NCBI GenBank assembly: GCA_963665325.3
Contig: CAXXWS020000002.1
Coordinates: forward strand, 704,001-768,000
Length of the DNA stretch: 64,000 nt
Reading direction: 5' to 3'
Source of the DNA: Alphaproteobacteria bacterium
GTDB taxonomy: Bacteria; Pseudomonadota; Alphaproteobacteria; Bin95
Positions 28,225 to 37,819 of the stretch are shown one piece after another. Both the position numbers and the translations under genes were made by a program. The notes beneath the pieces are model-generated. The model searched no databases. It was not told the origin of the DNA and saw nothing but the letters and a program-made list of their open reading frames with translations. Numbering within the stretch: position 1 is the first letter of the stretch; each line of letters begins with the position of its first letter.

Positions 28225-29613
28225 TCAATATCCCTCCGGCGTGCGGTGGTGCCAGTCCGTCGCCTGTTCGTAGGCCCAGCCTATCCGGAGCGCCAGCGCC
28301 TCGTCCCCGTCGCGGGTGTTGACCAGAAGCGAGGTCGGCATGCCGGCCCGGGTGAAGCCGTTGCGCATGGCGAGACCGGTCAGGCCCAGATAGTTGCCCA
28401 TGCGGGTCACGGTTGCGGGCGTCTGCTTCTGGTCCACCTCGGCGACCGGGATTGCCGCGAAGCGGGCCGTCGGCGTCAGCAGCGCGTCGATGCCGTCCAT
28501 CGCTTCGTCGAAGGCTGCCATGACCGCCTGGCGGTCGATCAGGGTGGCCACATAGTCGCGGGCGGAAAGCCGTCCGCCGGCGGCCACGCGCGGCTTTACA
28601 TCGGGATCGAGCTGCTGTTCGTCGTTGTCCACCACGTCCTTCAGGTGGGTGTAGCTCTCCGCACCGATGATGTTGGCGACCGGTTCCGCAAAGTCCGCCA
28701 TGGCGCGCGGCATGGCGATATCCACGATATGTGCGCCCAGTTCCTCGAACGCGGCGAGTGCGGCGTCGTAGGCCGCCAGCACCTCGGCGTCGAAGCCCGG
28801 CCGCTCGGAGTCCGGCATGCGGGCGAGGCGCAGGCCTGTTACGCCCCGGCGCAGGCCGGAGGTCGCGTCCGCGGGCGCCAGCCGGCGGGTCTTCCGGTCG
28901 CGCGGGTCAGCCCCCTGCATAGCCTCCAGCAGCCAGGCGCAGTCCTCGACAGCCCGGGCGAGCGGCCCCGGCGTGTCGAGCGTGTGGGAGAGCGGCAGCA
29001 CGCCGTGGGTGCTGATCCGCCCGACCGAGGTCTTGAGGCCGGCCGTGCCGCAAAAGGCCGCCGGCAGGCGCACCGAGCCGCCGGTATCGGTGCCGATGCC
29101 GCAGGGGATGAGCCCGGCGCCGACGCCCGCGCCGGTGCCGCTCGACGAGCCGCCGGGGATGCGGTGCGTATCCCGGTCCCAGGGGTTCCAGGGGGTGCCG
29201 AGCGAGTTGTTCGTGCCCCAGCCGCCATAGGCGAACTCGACCGTGTGGGTCTTGCCGACCACGATCATGCCGGCGGCGCGCAGCCGCTCGACCAGTGTGG
29301 CGGTCGTGGGCGAAATGCGTTCCTTCCAGATGGCGGCCCCGCCGGTGGTGACGCGGCCTTCCATGTCGCAAAGGTCTTTCACGCCGATGGGGATGCCGTG
29401 CAGCGGGCCGATGCGATGCCCGGAGCGAATCGCCCGGTGCGCGGCCTCGGCGGCCTCGCGCGCCTCGTCGGCATAGACGGCGGCGAAGGCATGGAGCTTC
29501 GGATCGAGGCTGGCAATCCGGTCGAGGCAGGTTTCCGTCACCTCGACGGGCGACAGCCGCCCGGCTGCGATCTCGGGGGCAAGCTCGTGGATCGGGGCGA
29601 AGGGGTCCGACAT
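28225..29613 (-). CDS. amidase (amidase signature family)
   Basis: PLHGIPIGVKD, GGSSSG and GTDTGGSVRLPA motifs. Confidence 0.92.
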   Translation of the reverse strand: MSDPFAPIHELAPEIAAGRLSPVEVTETCLDRIASLDPKLHAFAAVYADEAREAAEAAHRAIRSGHRIGPLHGIPIGVKDLCDMEGRVTTGGAAIWKERISPTTATLVERLRAAGMIVVGKTHTVEFAYGGWGTNNSLGTPWNPWDRDTHRIPGGSSSGTGAGVGAGLIPCGIGTDTGGSVRLPAAFCGTAGLKTSVGRISTHGVLPLSHTLDTPGPLARAVEDCAWLLEAMQGADPRDRKTRRLAPADATSGLRRGVTGLRLARMPDSERPGFDAEVLAAYDAALAAFEELGAHIVDIAMPRAMADFAEPVANIIGAESYTHLKDVVDNDEQQLDPDVKPRVAAGGRLSARDYVATLIDRQAVMAAFDEAMDGIDALLTPTARFAAIPVAEVDQKQTPATVTRMGNYLGLTGLAMRNGFTRAGMPTSLLVNTRDGDEALALRIGWAYEQATDWHHRTPEGY

Positions 29614-29752
29614 GGAACGGGGTCTCCTGATGGCGCGAGTGATGTGCAGGATAGGGTCATCGCCGTCCCGGAGCGAGCCGCGCCCGGTATGGCGTCGGCG
29701 ATGCGGCGGGGATAGCATCGCAGCGGAAGGACGGAGCGGGGGAGAAGAGGCC

Positions 29753-30910
29753 ATGGCGGCATCGTTGAACGGCAAGGCGGCGGTCGTGGGGATCGGCGAG
29801 ACGGCCTATCTGCGCGGATCGGACAAGAGCGCGCTGGCGCTGCAATTGGAAGCGTCGCTCAGGGCGATAGAGGATGCAGGCCTGGAGCCGAAGGATATCG
29901 ACGGCATTCTGCCCTATGCCTCGGGCGCGGCCGTCGCCGAGGACTTCATCACCAATTTCGGCCTGGAGGACGTGACCTTCTCGGCGACTACGCCGATGGG
30001 CGGGGCGAGTTGCGTGGCTGCGATTCAGGCGGCGGCGGTCGCCGTGGCGACAGGCCTTTGCCGAAATGTGCTGTTGCCGATCGGGCGGCGCGGCTATTCG
30101 GACTCGCGGGTGGCGTCGCGGGTTGCCGCCATGCCGCAATTCCACGTCGTCTCCGAGTTCGAAACGCCTTCCGGAACCATCGCCCCGGCGCAGCTCTACG
30201 CCCCAATGGCGCGTCGCCACATGGAGCTTTACGGCACGACGGCGGACCAGTTTGCGGAAGTCGCCGTCACTATGCGCCGGCACGCCGTGCTGAACGACAA
30301 TGCCATCATGCAGAAGCCGATGACCGTCGAGGACCATCACGCATCGCGGATGATCTGCGACCCCTACCGGCTCTTCGACTGCTGCTTGGAGAGCGACGGC
30401 GGCGCGGCGATCGTGATCTCCGGCGCCGAGCGCGCGGCCGACACGCGCCGCCCGGTTCCGATCATGGGCGTGGCCGAAGGCCACCCCGACTCGCCGAGCG
30501 TCATCACCCAGCGTCCGGAGATCACGCGCCTCGGGCTTGCCAAGGCCGCGCCACGCGCCTTCGGCATGGCCGGCGTGCGCCCCGAGGATGTGGATGTCGC
30601 GGAGGTGTATGATTGCTTCACCTGGACGGTGATCTGCCAGTTGGAGGATTTGGGCTTCTGCGCCAAGGGTGAGGGCGGCGCTTTCATCGAGGGCGGGCGG
30701 ATCGGCCTCGACGGGGCGCTGCCGGTCAACACGCATGGCGGCCTGCTCAGCCAGGCGCATATCGTCGGCATGAACCATGTCTGCGAACTGGTGAAGCAGA
30801 TGCGCGGCGAGGCGGGCCGGGCGCAGGTGGCGGACGCCGAAGTCGGCCTCGTGACCGGCTACGGAGACCTCGGCGACGGCTCGCTCGCGATCATCGGAGC
30901 GGCGGCGTGA
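29753..30910 (+). CDS. thiolase-superfamily (SCP-x/Ltp2-like) protein
   Basis: DCCLESDG, YDCFT and NTHGGLLS motifs; paired with a DUF35 gene. Confidence 0.88.
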   Translation: MAASLNGKAAVVGIGETAYLRGSDKSALALQLEASLRAIEDAGLEPKDIDGILPYASGAAVAEDFITNFGLEDVTFSATTPMGGASCVAAIQAAAVAVATGLCRNVLLPIGRRGYSDSRVASRVAAMPQFHVVSEFETPSGTIAPAQLYAPMARRHMELYGTTADQFAEVAVTMRRHAVLNDNAIMQKPMTVEDHHASRMICDPYRLFDCCLESDGGAAIVISGAERAADTRRPVPIMGVAEGHPDSPSVITQRPEITRLGLAKAAPRAFGMAGVRPEDVDVAEVYDCFTWTVICQLEDLGFCAKGEGGAFIEGGRIGLDGALPVNTHGGLLSQAHIVGMNHVCELVKQMRGEAGRAQVADAEVGLVTGYGDLGDGSLAIIGAAA

Positions 30911-31332
30911 GCGGCGCCGCGACCGAATTGAACCCCGCGCGCCCGGCGCCGGAGCCCACCATCGACTCGAAACCCTATTGGGACGGGCTGAAGGAACGCC
31001 GCCTGCTGCTCCAGCAATGCGGCGACTGCGGCCTGGTCCGCCACTACCCCCGCCCGATGTGCGCCGACTGCCATTCGCTGGAGGTGGGCTGGATCGAGTC
31101 CTCCCGCCAGGGCCGGCTCTATAGCTGGACGGAGGTCCACCATCCCTTCGTGCCCGGCTTCCGCGGCGAAATCCCCTATGTCATGGCCACCGTCGAACTG
31201 GAGGAAGGCGTTCGCCTCCAGTGCCAGATGCTCGACGCCGCCTCGGCGGGCCTCAGGCTCGACCTGCCGGTGGAGATCGTCTTCCGGGAAGTGCAGGACG
31301 GTTTGGTGCTGCCCTTTGCGCAAGCAGCGTGA
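30907..31332 (+). CDS. DUF35 Zn-ribbon/OB-fold protein
   Basis: CGDC...PRPMCADC and PYVMATVELEEG motifs. Confidence 0.9.
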   Translation: MSGAATELNPARPAPEPTIDSKPYWDGLKERRLLLQQCGDCGLVRHYPRPMCADCHSLEVGWIESSRQGRLYSWTEVHHPFVPGFRGEIPYVMATVELEEGVRLQCQMLDAASAGLRLDLPVEIVFREVQDGLVLPFAQAA

Positions 31333-31340
31333 GTGCGGTC

Positions 31341-31490
31341 TGTATTGAGACGGTAATCACCTGACAGTCAGGCTGGCGTCGGCGCGCGACCGTCAAGAGT
31401 CGTGCGTCCGATGATGCGGATGTGCTCGTCGAGCAGGGTATGGCGCAAGCGTTCGGCGAAGCCGTGTCGCCGGGGCCTTCGCGGTGCGGT
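31341..31490 (-). mobile_element. IS481-family remnant (transposase C-terminal fragment + terminal end)
   Basis: HGFAERLRHTLLDEHIRIIGRT resembles the IS481 NGxxERxHRTLLDEHFR motif. The end reads TGTATTGAGACGGTAATCACCTGACA with 5'-TGT. Confidence 0.6.
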
Positions 31491-31849
31491 GCCCGGTCTC
31501 TTCCGGCTGGAGGAGGAACTTGCAGGGGTGGCGGAGAACGGGAGGTGCAGAAAGGAGGATGCGGGGCTTGAAATAGGAAAATAGAGCTGTATATGCTTGC
31601 GGAACGGAAGCGCTGGGGAGGGGACGCCATGAAACGAGCGGATTACGGGTGCGGGTAGCGGCGGTTCCGCCGGTGGCGGGGCATGCAATCTGGGGCGATT
31701 GTCGGCGCCGGTTGGCGCGCCGGGCAGGTGCGCCCGGCGTGCCGGTTGTTGCGTTCAGCCTGGCGCCCGGCGTTCGGGGCGGACGGCCAGCTTGACTGCG
31801 ACGAAGGCGCCGCGGCGGAAAAAATTTTCAGTTTTTGTTCTCCAGAGCC

Positions 31850-31876
31850 TTGACCACGAAAATTCGATGCTACAAT
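31850..31876 (+). promoter_or_regulatory. promoter-like motif TTGACC-N15-TACAAT with extended -10
   Basis: Same spacing as at 16608-16634 and 58156-58182. Followed by a hairpin and GCTGTTTGACA. Confidence 0.5.
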
Positions 31877-32095
31877 GGGGTTGAAGTGGCGGCTTGTCCC
31901 GGTCCGGGGCGGCCGCCTTTTCCGTTTCGCTGTTTGACATTGTGGGACCTGCCGGGGAAAGCCGGGGGAGGTGCGCGTGCGCTTGCCGGGGGCAGCCCAG
32001 CGCTTCCCCCCGGCTCCTCCGGCCGGCCCGGTCCGGCTTCGTCCGTTCGCGTGGGAGTGCTACACTCCCGGCCTCAAGCGGGGAGGGCAGGAGAT

Positions 32096-33133
32096 ATGGA
32101 CCGGATCGTTCTCGCCGGGGCTGCGCAGCCCGGCATGAAGCATCGCCAAGGGCTGTTCCGGCTGGCGGAAGGCGGCTCGGAATGGCAGCGGGTGAGCCAC
32201 GGACTGCCGGAGGAGCCGGAAATCCGCGCGCTCGGCTTCGTCGGCGACAAGGCCTATGCGGGCACGCAGGCCGGACCCTATGTCAGCGAGGACGGGGGCG
32301 AGAGCTGGCGTTCGCTCAACCTGCCGTCGGAGGAGCGCACCACATGGTCGGTGCTGGCGCGGCCGGGCGACCCGGACACGCTCTATGCCGGCACCACGGG
32401 CACTGCGATCTACCGCAGCACCAATGGCGGCGCGCGCTGGGAACGGCTCCGCCCGTCGGTGCCGGAGGGGCATTGCGACATGGGCTTCGCGACCCGCGTC
32501 ATTCGCATGACGGCGGACCCGAGCGCGCCCGACGAGATCTATGCGGGCCTGGAAGTCGGCGGCGTGCTGCGTTCGCTCGACGGCGGCGACACATGGGAAA
32601 GCTGCAATGCGGACCTGTTGCGGCTCGCCGGCGAGGAGCACCTGAAGAGCGCCATCGGCTCCGACATGGAGAGCGAGGGCATGATGGACTCCCACTCGCT
32701 GACCGTCAGCCCCGCGCTGCCGGGCACGGTGTTCCTGGCGACGCGCATGGGCCTCTTCCGCTCCGACGACCGGGGCGAGACCTGGCGCGAGCTCGGCATC
32801 GGCAACTACTCGCCGCTCACCTACGCCCGCGACGTCACGGTCTCGCGGCACGACCCGAAGGTGCTGTTCGGCGCATTCAGCAAGGCCGCGACCAGCAATG
32901 CCGGCTCGCTCTGGCGCAGCACGGACCTGGGCGAGAGCTGGGAGCGCTTCGACAAGGGCGTCGATGTGAACTCCACGCTGATGATCGTGGCCGAAAGCGC
33001 ATCGGACGCGGACCGCGTCTGGTGCGCGGCGCGCGGCGGGCGCACCTTTGGCACGGAGGACGGCGGCGGGAGCTGGGCGCAGATCGAGTTGCCGGACGAG
33101 GTGAAAGGCGTCTATGCGATGGCGGCCGCCTGA
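32096..33133 (+). CDS. BNR/Asp-box repeat beta-propeller protein (WD40/YVTN-like)
   Basis: Repeated S.DGG.(S/T)W Asp boxes. Confidence 0.85.
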   Translation: MDRIVLAGAAQPGMKHRQGLFRLAEGGSEWQRVSHGLPEEPEIRALGFVGDKAYAGTQAGPYVSEDGGESWRSLNLPSEERTTWSVLARPGDPDTLYAGTTGTAIYRSTNGGARWERLRPSVPEGHCDMGFATRVIRMTADPSAPDEIYAGLEVGGVLRSLDGGDTWESCNADLLRLAGEEHLKSAIGSDMESEGMMDSHSLTVSPALPGTVFLATRMGLFRSDDRGETWRELGIGNYSPLTYARDVTVSRHDPKVLFGAFSKAATSNAGSLWRSTDLGESWERFDKGVDVNSTLMIVAESASDADRVWCAARGGRTFGTEDGGGSWAQIELPDEVKGVYAMAAA

Positions 33134-33150
33134 CGGCTGAGCCTGCGCCT

Positions 33151-34143
33151 GTGACGGAAACCGGAGGTACGCAGGCGCTCACCGCCGCGCTGAGGCGCAT
33201 GGGACTCGCCGAACCGGAGGAGCGGCCCTGCTTCGAGCCGCTTGAGGGCGGGGTTTCCTCCGACATCTACCGGGTGGAGACGGCCGCCGGGCCGCTTTGC
33301 GTCAAGCGTGCGCTGGCCCGGCTCAAGGTCGAGGCGGACTGGCGCGCGCCGGTGGAGCGTAACGGCTCAGAGGCGGGCTGGCTCGCAGCCGTGAACGCGC
33401 TGCTGCCCGACGCCGCGCCGCGCCTGTTGGGGCAGGACGAAGAGGCGGGGGCGCTCGCCATGGCGTGGCTGGAGCCCGAAACGCACCCGGTCTGGAAGGC
33501 GGAGCTTGCCGCCGGCCGCGCCGACCCGGCCTTCGCGCGGGAGGTGGGCCGCCGGCTCGCTGTCATCCACCGCGCCCATGAAAGCGATAAAGCGACGGCC
33601 GCCGCCTTCGCCACGGACGCGATCTTCCACGCCATCCGCCTGGAGCCCTACCTGCTGGCGACGGCGGAGCGGCACAAGGACCTTGCGCCCGAGCTGACCG
33701 GGCTCGCCGAGACGACGGCGGCGCGGCGCGAGACGCTGGTCCACGGCGATGTCAGCCCGAAAAATATACTGGTCGGTCGGGCAGGACCGGTCTTCCTCGA
33801 CGCCGAATGCGCCTGGTACGGAGACCCCGCCTTCGATATCGCCTTCTGCCTGAACCACATGCTGCTGAAGAGCGTCTGGAAGCCGTACCACGAACCGGCT
33901 TACCTCGCCTGCTTCCGCGCGCTGGTGGCGGGCTACGGGCCGGACGCGGCGCTGGAGGAGCGCACGGCGCGGCTGCTGCCGGGCCTGTTGCTGGCGCGCA
34001 TCGACGGCAAGTCGCCGGTCGAATATCTCACGCGCGAGGACGAGAAAGCTCGCCCCCGCGCCTTCGCCCGCCGCCTGCTGCAGCGCCCGCCGGCAAGCCT
34101 CGGCGAGATCGCGGCGGCCTGGACTGAGGAGCGTCCGGCATGA
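33151..34143 (+). CDS. aminoglycoside phosphotransferase/methylthioribose kinase-like kinase
   Basis: GGVSSDI, CVKRAL, LVHGDVSPKNIL and FLDAECA.YGDPAFD motifs. Confidence 0.85.
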   Translation: MTETGGTQALTAALRRMGLAEPEERPCFEPLEGGVSSDIYRVETAAGPLCVKRALARLKVEADWRAPVERNGSEAGWLAAVNALLPDAAPRLLGQDEEAGALAMAWLEPETHPVWKAELAAGRADPAFAREVGRRLAVIHRAHESDKATAAAFATDAIFHAIRLEPYLLATAERHKDLAPELTGLAETTAARRETLVHGDVSPKNILVGRAGPVFLDAECAWYGDPAFDIAFCLNHMLLKSVWKPYHEPAYLACFRALVAGYGPDAALEERTARLLPGLLLARIDGKSPVEYLTREDEKARPRAFARRLLQRPPASLGEIAAAWTEERPA

Positions 34144-34385
34144 CCGGGCGTCGGAATATCCTTTTCGTCACGTCCGACCACGGCGACTCGCTCAGCGAGC
34201 GCGGGCTGTTCTTCAAGATTTCGTTCTTCCAGTGGTCTGTCCGGGTGCTCGCTCATCCCGCTGGCGGCGGGGCGTGAGTCACGCCGGCCGGACACCGTGC
34301 TCGCGGAATACACCGCCGAGGGCGTGACCGCGCCGTTGCTGACGGTCCGCAAGGGGCCGCATAGGGTGATACCACAGCCGCATAC
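34140..34385 (+). pseudogene. internally deleted choline-sulfatase-like remnant
   Basis: RNILFV is fused directly to TSDHGDSLSERGLFFKISFFQWSVRV, followed in another frame by VLAEYTAEGVTAPLLTVRKGP. These are BetC-like segments; the CxPxR region is missing. Confidence 0.6.
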
Positions 34386-34393
34386 GGCGCAGG

Positions 34394-35236
34394 TTAGCCT
34401 GCCGGGGGCGACCAGCCGTAGACCCGCTGGAGGGTTCCGCCCATCAGTTCCGCGCGATCGCTCTCCGTCAGCCTGTCCGTCCGGCGGAACGGCTCAACTC
34501 CCTGCTCGTAGTCGAGGAGGTTGACGGCGCGGGTCCAGTCGGTGCCCCAGAGGCATCGGTCGATGCCGAAGCGCTCGAAGATGCGGCAGAGCGGGTCCCA
34601 GATGTCGTCATAGGGATAGGGCCGGTGCGAGAGCGTGCAGGCGCCCGTGATCTTGACGACGACATTCTCGCACTCCGCCAGCGCCAGCAGGGCCGGCAGG
34701 TCGGCGAAGGGCTCCGGCGGCGCGGGCGGCTCGAAAGGCTGCCTCAGGCCGAGATGGTCGATGACGATCCGGGTCCCGGGATGGGCCCGCGCCAGTTCCA
34801 GCGCCCGGTCGAGCAGGCCCCAGCAGAGCAGGTTGACCGGAAGCCCGTTCGCGGCCGCCGCGCGCAGGATACGGGAAACGCCGGCATGGTCCGGGTCGGT
34901 CGACACCCCGTAGGACAGCATGATCCGCACGGCGACCGCGCCCTCCACCCTTGCCCAGTCGGCGACCGTCTCCGCGACGCCGGGGTCGGAGGGATCGACC
35001 GGCTTGACCAGGCAGAAGCGGTCTGGATGGGCGGCATAGGTCTGGAGCGCATAGCTCGCATCGTAGCGGTACATGCTGTAGGGCGAGACGAGCACGGCCC
35101 CATCCACCCCGACCGCATCCATCGCGGCCACCATGTCGCCACCCGTGACCTCCGGCGGACCCGCCAGCGTTCCTGCCCAGGGCCGTCCGGGATGGTCGCG
35201 TTCATAGGCATGCACTTGGGCGTCGATGATCGACAT
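34394..35236 (-). CDS. amidohydrolase family protein (Amidohydro_2)
   Basis: IIDAQVH, IDHLG and WGTDW motifs. Confidence 0.88.
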   Translation of the reverse strand: MSIIDAQVHAYERDHPGRPWAGTLAGPPEVTGGDMVAAMDAVGVDGAVLVSPYSMYRYDASYALQTYAAHPDRFCLVKPVDPSDPGVAETVADWARVEGAVAVRIMLSYGVSTDPDHAGVSRILRAAAANGLPVNLLCWGLLDRALELARAHPGTRIVIDHLGLRQPFEPPAPPEPFADLPALLALAECENVVVKITGACTLSHRPYPYDDIWDPLCRIFERFGIDRCLWGTDWTRAVNLLDYEQGVEPFRRTDRLTESDRAELMGGTLQRVYGWSPPAG

Positions 35237-35275
35237 GGATTGCGTCTCCCTTTACGGCAACGGGTTGGAGGCGCC

Positions 35276-36412
35276 TCAGGCGGCCAGCTCCAGGATTTCC
35301 ACGACCTCTGCCGGGCTCTCTATGGGGCGCGGGTTGCGGGGCACCCAGGGCGTGCCCATCGCCTGCTCCGCGATCCTCTGGAAATGTTCGCGCCCGACGC
35401 CGGCCGCGGAGAGGCTGCGCGGCATGCCGAGGCCGGCGATGAAGCGGTCGAGCAGGTCGCCCGCATCCGCGTCCGGCTGGCCCATCGCCATCGCCACCAG
35501 CTTCTGGCGTTCCGCATTGGCCGAGCGGTTCCAGCGCATCACGAAGGGCAGCATGATGCAGGAGGTATGGCCGTGCGGCGTGTCGAACACCGCGCCCAGC
35601 ACATAGCCGATGCCGTGGCTGGCCCCCATCGGCACGCCCGCCGCAAGCGGCGCCATGGACAGCCAGGAGCCCACCTGGCAATCGAGCCTCGCCTCGATGT
35701 CGGTGGGGTCCGCCTTCACCCGCGCAAGCCCTTGCGTCAGCAGCGTCAGCCCCCTCAGCGCTTGCGCGTCGCCATAGGCATGGGCTTCGCCGGAGCAGAC
35801 ACCCTCGACGCAATGATCCACCGCGCGCACACCGGTCGAGAGGAACAGCCATTCCGGCGTATGCGCCGTCGGCGCCGGATCGAGGATGACCGCGCTCGGA
35901 ATGGCGTCCGGATGGCGGAACAGCTCCTTCAGCTTCACGCGCTCATCCGTCACACCGGCAATGGCGCTGAACTCGCCGGCCGACAGCGTGGTCGGGATGG
36001 AGACCTGCGGGATCGAGGGCCCTGCCGGCGGGTCGCGCAACGCGTCCATCTCCTCGGCTGTGCGGATATCGTTGGCGAGGCACATCCGCACCGCCTTGGC
36101 GCCGTCGGTCAGCGAGCCGCCGCCGAAGGTGACGATGAGGTCAGCGTCGGCGGCCCGGGCGGCCTCCGTTGCAGCGATCACGTCCCCGCGCGGCGTGTGC
36201 GGCGCCATGCGGTCGAACTGGCCGGCGACCTTGTTGCCGAGCGCACGGCGCAGCTTTTCGATCTCGCCGGTCTTGCGGCCGAGCGTGCCGCTAACCATGA
36301 GGAAGATGCGCTCAGCCCCGAGTCGCTCCGCCTCCTCCGCGACGGCCTGTTCCAGCGGCACGCCGAAGCTCACCGCCTCCATCCGCCCGAACGCTACCCG
36401 ACCCGATTTCAT
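35276..36412 (-). CDS. iron-containing alcohol dehydrogenase/maleylacetate reductase family
   Basis: GGGSLTD.AK, PTTLSAGE, DHCVE, SHGIG and PHG motifs. Confidence 0.88.
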   Translation of the reverse strand: MKSGRVAFGRMEAVSFGVPLEQAVAEEAERLGAERIFLMVSGTLGRKTGEIEKLRRALGNKVAGQFDRMAPHTPRGDVIAATEAARAADADLIVTFGGGSLTDGAKAVRMCLANDIRTAEEMDALRDPPAGPSIPQVSIPTTLSAGEFSAIAGVTDERVKLKELFRHPDAIPSAVILDPAPTAHTPEWLFLSTGVRAVDHCVEGVCSGEAHAYGDAQALRGLTLLTQGLARVKADPTDIEARLDCQVGSWLSMAPLAAGVPMGASHGIGYVLGAVFDTPHGHTSCIMLPFVMRWNRSANAERQKLVAMAMGQPDADAGDLLDRFIAGLGMPRSLSAAGVGREHFQRIAEQAMGTPWVPRNPRPIESPAEVVEILELAA

Positions 36413-36484
36413 CGCCCGCTCTCCCCGTTTCCTTGCCCGCTTGCAATGTTGCCAGGATTGAGCATATGGCGACCCGTTCCGCCG

Positions 36485-37045
36485 TCAATCGCGCGTCCGG
36501 TCCCGCGGATGCCTGGCAGCCGGGTCGGCACTCATGGACAGGAGGCCCCATCCGGCAAGCGCAAGGGCAATACCGGAAGCCACGGCCCGAACGGTGTTCC
36601 AAACCTGCCACGGGGCGGAGTAATTCCCCCACGCCTCCTGCGCCTGAGCGGTCTCCAGCGGCGTCCCGGCCGAGGCCAGAACCTCGTTCAGGGGGACATT
36701 GACCGCGATCGTCGGGACTAAGGCGCCCAGAACATACAAGAGGCAGGCCAGGGCGAAGAAAATTGCAACGCGCCGTTCCTGGACCTTCAAGGCTGCCAAC
36801 GCGGTCGCCATCGACAGGACGGGGGTACCGAAAAAGGCCGGCGCAAACACCCAGTTGCGCACGCTCGCATTCATGGCCTGCATAGCGGCTATCGCGATTT
36901 CGGGGTCCGCCGCGTCCAAACCCCACATGGTCGAGCAGACCCATGCGAAGAAGAAACCGAACATGGCACCGGAAAACAGTAGAGACAGGATAGCGAGAGG
37001 CTTCAGCACGGGCGCTCCGGATGCAAGACCGCTTGCAGGGCGCAT
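36485..37045 (-). CDS. DUF1772/anthrone oxygenase family membrane protein
   Basis: GFFFAW...MWGLD, AMQAMN, NVPLNE.L and W..WN.VR motifs. Start is uncertain. Confidence 0.8.
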   Translation of the reverse strand: MRPASGLASGAPVLKPLAILSLLFSGAMFGFFFAWVCSTMWGLDAADPEIAIAAMQAMNASVRNWVFAPAFFGTPVLSMATALAALKVQERRVAIFFALACLLYVLGALVPTIAVNVPLNEVLASAGTPLETAQAQEAWGNYSAPWQVWNTVRAVASGIALALAGWGLLSMSADPAARHPRDRTRD

Positions 37046-37309
37046 TGCGGCAGCGGATTGCCGATTGCGATGAGCACCATGCGGCAAGTCTTCCATCGTC
37101 ATTGGACCAACGTCGTAATCATCCTGTGGTCCCGCCGCCGCGACAATAGTCAGAGCTGGAGCCGGGCAACGAGCTGCCACAAACTCCCGTGGCTCCCAGG
37201 CGTCCGCCCGCGTTCTCACGATCCCCGGGGAATGCGCTCCGCACCCTTTCCATCCCGATGCTACTGCGCTCTACTGTCGAGCTATACCCGGCAGGAAGGG
37301 CGGTATGCC

Positions 37310-37762
37310 ATGACCGCATACAGATTCGACGACCGCGCCATCGAGTGGGCGCCGTTCAACGGTTTCGAGGGCCTCTACTACGCCATACAGAGCGTGGACC
37401 GGGAGCTGAACCGGGTCGATATGCTGATGAAGTTCGACCCGGACACCAACTGCGTGCCGCACACCCATGTCGGCGTCACCAAGACGCTGGTGCTGGAGGG
37501 CGAACACCGCATCTACAAGCCTGGGCCCGACGGCGCGCTCGGGGCACCCGACATCCGCCCGGCGGGCACCTTCTCGGAGAACCGGGGCGACGAGACCCAT
37601 GTCGAGGGCGGCGGGCCGGAGGGCGCGATCATCCTGCTCTCGATGCAGGCAGTGGACGGGGACGTTTACGACATCCTCTGCGAGGACCTGTCGGTCGACC
37701 GCAAGATCACGTTGGACAATTTTACCCGGGGCCTGGAGCGCCAGCGCGCAAGAGCCGCGTGA
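37310..37762 (+). CDS. cupin (ChrR-like) domain protein
   Basis: HTH...TLVLEGEH...H.E motifs; GGAAGG RBS. Confidence 0.75.
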   Translation: MTAYRFDDRAIEWAPFNGFEGLYYAIQSVDRELNRVDMLMKFDPDTNCVPHTHVGVTKTLVLEGEHRIYKPGPDGALGAPDIRPAGTFSENRGDETHVEGGGPEGAIILLSMQAVDGDVYDILCEDLSVDRKITLDNFTRGLERQRARAA

Positions 37763-37819
37763 GGGCGTGGCTTTGAACCGGTTCCCTGAGGAAGAGCACG
37801 CTACCTATCCCGCTTTCGA

